A stretch of DNA of 64,000 nt from Bdellovibrio sp. (lineage in GTDB: Bacteria; Bdellovibrionota; Bdellovibrionia; Bdellovibrionales; Bdellovibrionaceae), in contig JAKFCY010000003.1 in assembly GCA_036676395.1 (NCBI GenBank), forward strand, positions 416,001 through 480,000. Direction: 5' to 3'. A program made the translations under genes and the position numbers. Position 1 is the stretch's first letter. Each line of letters opens with the position of its first letter. Shown piece by piece: positions 62,881 to 64,000 of this stretch. The notes under the pieces were generated by a model. That model did no database searches, was not told the DNA's origin, and worked only from the letters and a program-made list of their open reading frames with translations.

Positions 62881-64000
62881 TCAGTTCGGTTTGCGGTGAA
62901 ATTGGATCAACTCGGCTTTGCGCACCTCGGGATTTTCCTCAGAGGGGTAAATCCACACATAATTGTTACGTTCTGACGCTTGCGTGCATTCGACGTCGGT
63001 AAAAGCTGGTGACCAAGTTCCTGAATTTAAATGTTCAACTGATCCATAAAATTCATGGCGCGGTATATGGGTATGACCATAAACAATGCGATGCACTCCA
63101 GTGACTTCAGATTGCTGCGAAAATAACAATTCATCGGGCTCTTTGTAAGTGCTCACTAATGAAGTGATCGAACGTGCGTAAAACAGAAAAAATGGAATTA
63201 ACAATAAAATCGGAACAATAACCCAATAAAATGAAATCTGAAAAAGTAATTTTAGTTGAGCGATAATAACTAAAATACCAACTAGTCCGAAAAAAATTAA
63301 AAGAGCGCGATCAAGCCATAGCTCTTTAGCAATTAAATAAGGATTCTGTGTGGCCGGAGTTGCAAAAAATTCTTGAAGACCACGAACCACTTTTGGAGTG
63401 GTGTTTGAGTCTTTAGCCGCTTTTTCGACGATGTCTTCCATTTTTTCTAAGGGCTTAAAATTTTCACCAAAGCGATCTAAAGTTACATGGATAAGTGTGG
63501 CCATTGCTCCCCAAAACCATGTCCAAATAATTAATGGCTGAGTCAGCAATAAATAGCGAAAGAAAAAACGCAAATAACCACTCACCGACATAATATAATT
63601 TTTTTCAATGTGGGGATTAAATAATCCCATGCCATTCATAATGTATCTGCAGGCCACATTACCAAACGGTAATCGAATACGCAGTTCATTATAATTGATG
63701 ATAAAAGGATTTAGTGGATTTTCGCACAAACAATATGGATCTTGCTGATGCCCATGTTCAATCAAGGTGTCATTTTCGCTGATATAAAACCATTTTACAA
63801 TTTTGACTCGCTTGGCATCTTCAGGCATTAAATTTAAAAAATCAAAAAAAGTCTTTTGTACTTTCGGAAAATGCAATTCGACGTCATGATTACCTGGAAT
63901 CAAAATCAAGGTATGCCCTTTTTCAACAAAACGGCGAAGAGCATTGATAAAACCCGCGTGCTCTTCTAACACCACCTGCATTTTAAAAACTGAACGTTCT
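62881..64000 (-). CDS. Metallophosphoesterase with TM segments; 5' end lies outside the window
   Basis: PGNHD, IEHGH, GHTH, NSGTW motifs. Confidence 0.85.
   Translation of the reverse strand, partial: ERSVFKMQVVLEEHAGFINALRRFVEKGHTLILIPGNHDVELHFPKVQKTFFDFLNLMPEDAKRVKIVKWFYISENDTLIEHGHQQDPYCLCENPLNPFIINYNELRIRLPFGNVACRYIMNGMGLFNPHIEKNYIMSVSGYLRFFFRYLLLTQPLIIWTWFWGAMATLIHVTLDRFGENFKPLEKMEDIVEKAAKDSNTTPKVVRGLQEFFATPATQNPYLIAKELWLDRALLIFFGLVGILVIIAQLKLLFQISFYWVIVPILLLIPFFLFYARSITSLVSTYKEPDELLFSQQSEVTGVHRIVYGHTHIPRHEFYGSVEHLNSGTWSPAFTDVECTQASERNNYVWIYPSEENPEVRKAELIQFHRKPN

Overview
AT-rich bacterial chromosome segment, almost certainly from a Bdellovibrionota predator (Bdellovibrio/Pseudobdellovibrio-like). 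The assignment rests on a near-identical homolog of the B. bacteriovorus histone Bd0055 next to ligA-gatCAB and on the many secreted hypothetical proteins. Housekeeping loci are groES-groEL, ahpCF, serS, rho...rpmE-prfA-prmC-murA, gatCAB-ppx, ligA and four tRNAs (Asn-GTT, Arg-ACG, Ser-GCT, Ser-TGA). The stretch from ~4.2 to 41 kb is accessory-rich. The strongest candidates for undescribed biology are: (1) a di-heme cytochrome c peroxidase translationally coupled to a sensor kinase, flanked by a receiver-HD-GYP and a stand-alone receiver; (2) a compact NfrB-like glycan operon (OM barrel, GT2 synthase lacking the MshEN tail, DUF2334 deacetylase); (3) paired palindromic operators over the DUF2239 promoter, suggesting that DUF2239 is an RHH autorepressor; (4) an unannotated sigma54-driven small secreted protein with upstream activator sites and an in-frame stop; (5) Rho with a Q/N-rich prion-like insert; (6) an apparent ATT start codon for the hemolysin III gene; (7) FliA-type promoters and a recurring 15-bp palindrome before c-di-GMP genes. 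No CRISPR array, rRNA, integrase or transposase was seen. All family calls come from motif recognition by eye, not from database searches.
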